Assembly: GCA_010015805.1 (NCBI GenBank)
Contig: ML978121.1
Location: 372,001 to 436,000 of the forward strand
From: Rhizodiscina lignyota
Lineage: Eukaryota
DNA length: 64,000 bases
Direction of reading: 5' to 3'
Position 1 is the first letter of the stretch, and every line of letters begins with the position of its first letter. Below the pieces are notes generated by a model that saw only the letters and a list, made by a program, of their open reading frames with translations, did no database searches and had not been told where the DNA came from. The translations under genes were made by a program, and so were the position numbers. Of the stretch, positions 63,021-64,000 are shown piece by piece.

Positions 63021-64000
63021 ATGGAGAAGAGTCAAGAATTCACGCTCAATGAGCACCACCGTGTCTCTTACAGATCGCGTGTCGCCTCTTGGAATCTCCG
63101 CATCTATATTGAGGTTCTTTTACTTCTTTTTGCGGCTTATACCTTATTCCCTTTCCGCATTTTGAATCCGCAAGCCGTCTCGGACGAGCGATCAGAAGTT
63201 CCGAAAGACGCCAACTACGTGTGGCAGAAGGTATACATCAACCTCTTACATCGTTGATAATAGTGAAATTTATTGATTTCTAGGTTTCTCCCTCAAAACA
63301 AATCAAATTTCAGCAATGTTTCGGAATCTATCAGTGTGCCCGTTTGGAAGTGCCACTAGACTGGAGCAACAAGAGCGATCCACGAACGGCGGCCGTTGCT
63401 GTCATAAAGCGTCCAGCTAAAGTTCCTGTGACTGATCCTCGCTATGGAGGGCCGATTCTGATTAATCCTGGCGGACCTGGTGGCTCTGGTGTCAGTCTTG
63501 CATTGAAACAATCCGAGCATCTCCAAAATATTGTTGACTCTCCCCACGCACCTTGCTCCACTGCGTCGAACAATTCCGATCTGTATTTCGATATAATCGG
63601 ATTCGATCCTCGCGGCGTGAACAACACCACTCCGGCATTCACGTGCTTTCCGGATGACGCGAGCCAGCAGAATTTTGTCATTGCCGCCCAGGCTGCGGGG
63701 ATCATTACAGATGATGCCGCTTTCAGGACGACTTACAATCGTGTTATGAGTGTGTCAGGAACTTGCTCAAAGGTGATGGCTGAACGTGGAAGGTTCATGT
63801 CGACTCCATTTGTTGTTGAAGACATGATGGAAATCACCGAACGATTAGCGGAATGGAGAGAGAATAAAGCCAAATCATTGCTCAAAAAGGCTAACCAGCG
63901 TAAGAGCGCGGGAATCTTACATCGAACCAAATGGCGGAAGGGAGAAGAGCCGGTTCAGTATATTGGCTTTTCATATGGAACGGTTTTGGGATCCACACTC
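63021..64000 (+). CDS. TAP-like alpha/beta-hydrolase (tripeptidyl-aminopeptidase-like); 3' end lies beyond the window
   Basis: N-terminal TM, intron 63231-63283, then CARLEVPLDW, ILINPGGPGGSG, FDIIGFDPRGV and the nucleophile elbow GFSYGT. Confidence 0.9.

Overview
This is eukaryotic DNA from a filamentous ascomycete (Pezizomycotina), judged by short introns with CTRAC branch sites and fungal gene families. About 23 protein-coding genes can be supported. Housekeeping and signalling genes: a Rho1 GEF (runs off the left end), SQT1, a Yra1/ALY-family mRNA export adaptor, a STRAP-like WD40 protein, a CAX/VCX1 exchanger, a Pex22-like protein and eIF2B-gamma. Enzymes: a BVMO/FMO, GH31, an FAD oxidoreductase, a 4CL-like CoA ligase, an SRA-like/Zn-finger/AlkB dioxygenase, an SDR, GH92 and a TAP-like hydrolase (runs off the right end). 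Also present are three MFS transporters, a single-pass membrane protein and an LRR-like protein. Five observations are not explained by the ORF track. (1) An old ~2-kb tandem duplication (~9.3-13.05 kb) carries two spliced 46/48-aa microproteins with an invariant C7H metal-binding pattern, identical gene structure and conserved non-coding blocks. (2) A stop-containing cassette exon folded into a long hairpin sits inside the long intron of the Yra1/ALY gene. (3) A degenerate ~164-bp non-coding tandem array with splice-like signals lies directly behind the SRA-AlkB gene. (4) There are two obligate GC-AG introns. (5) There is an Arg/Lys-rich orphan ORF. No tRNA, rRNA, transposon or CRISPR array could be supported. 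All assignments come from reading the sequence and recognising motifs; no searches were run.
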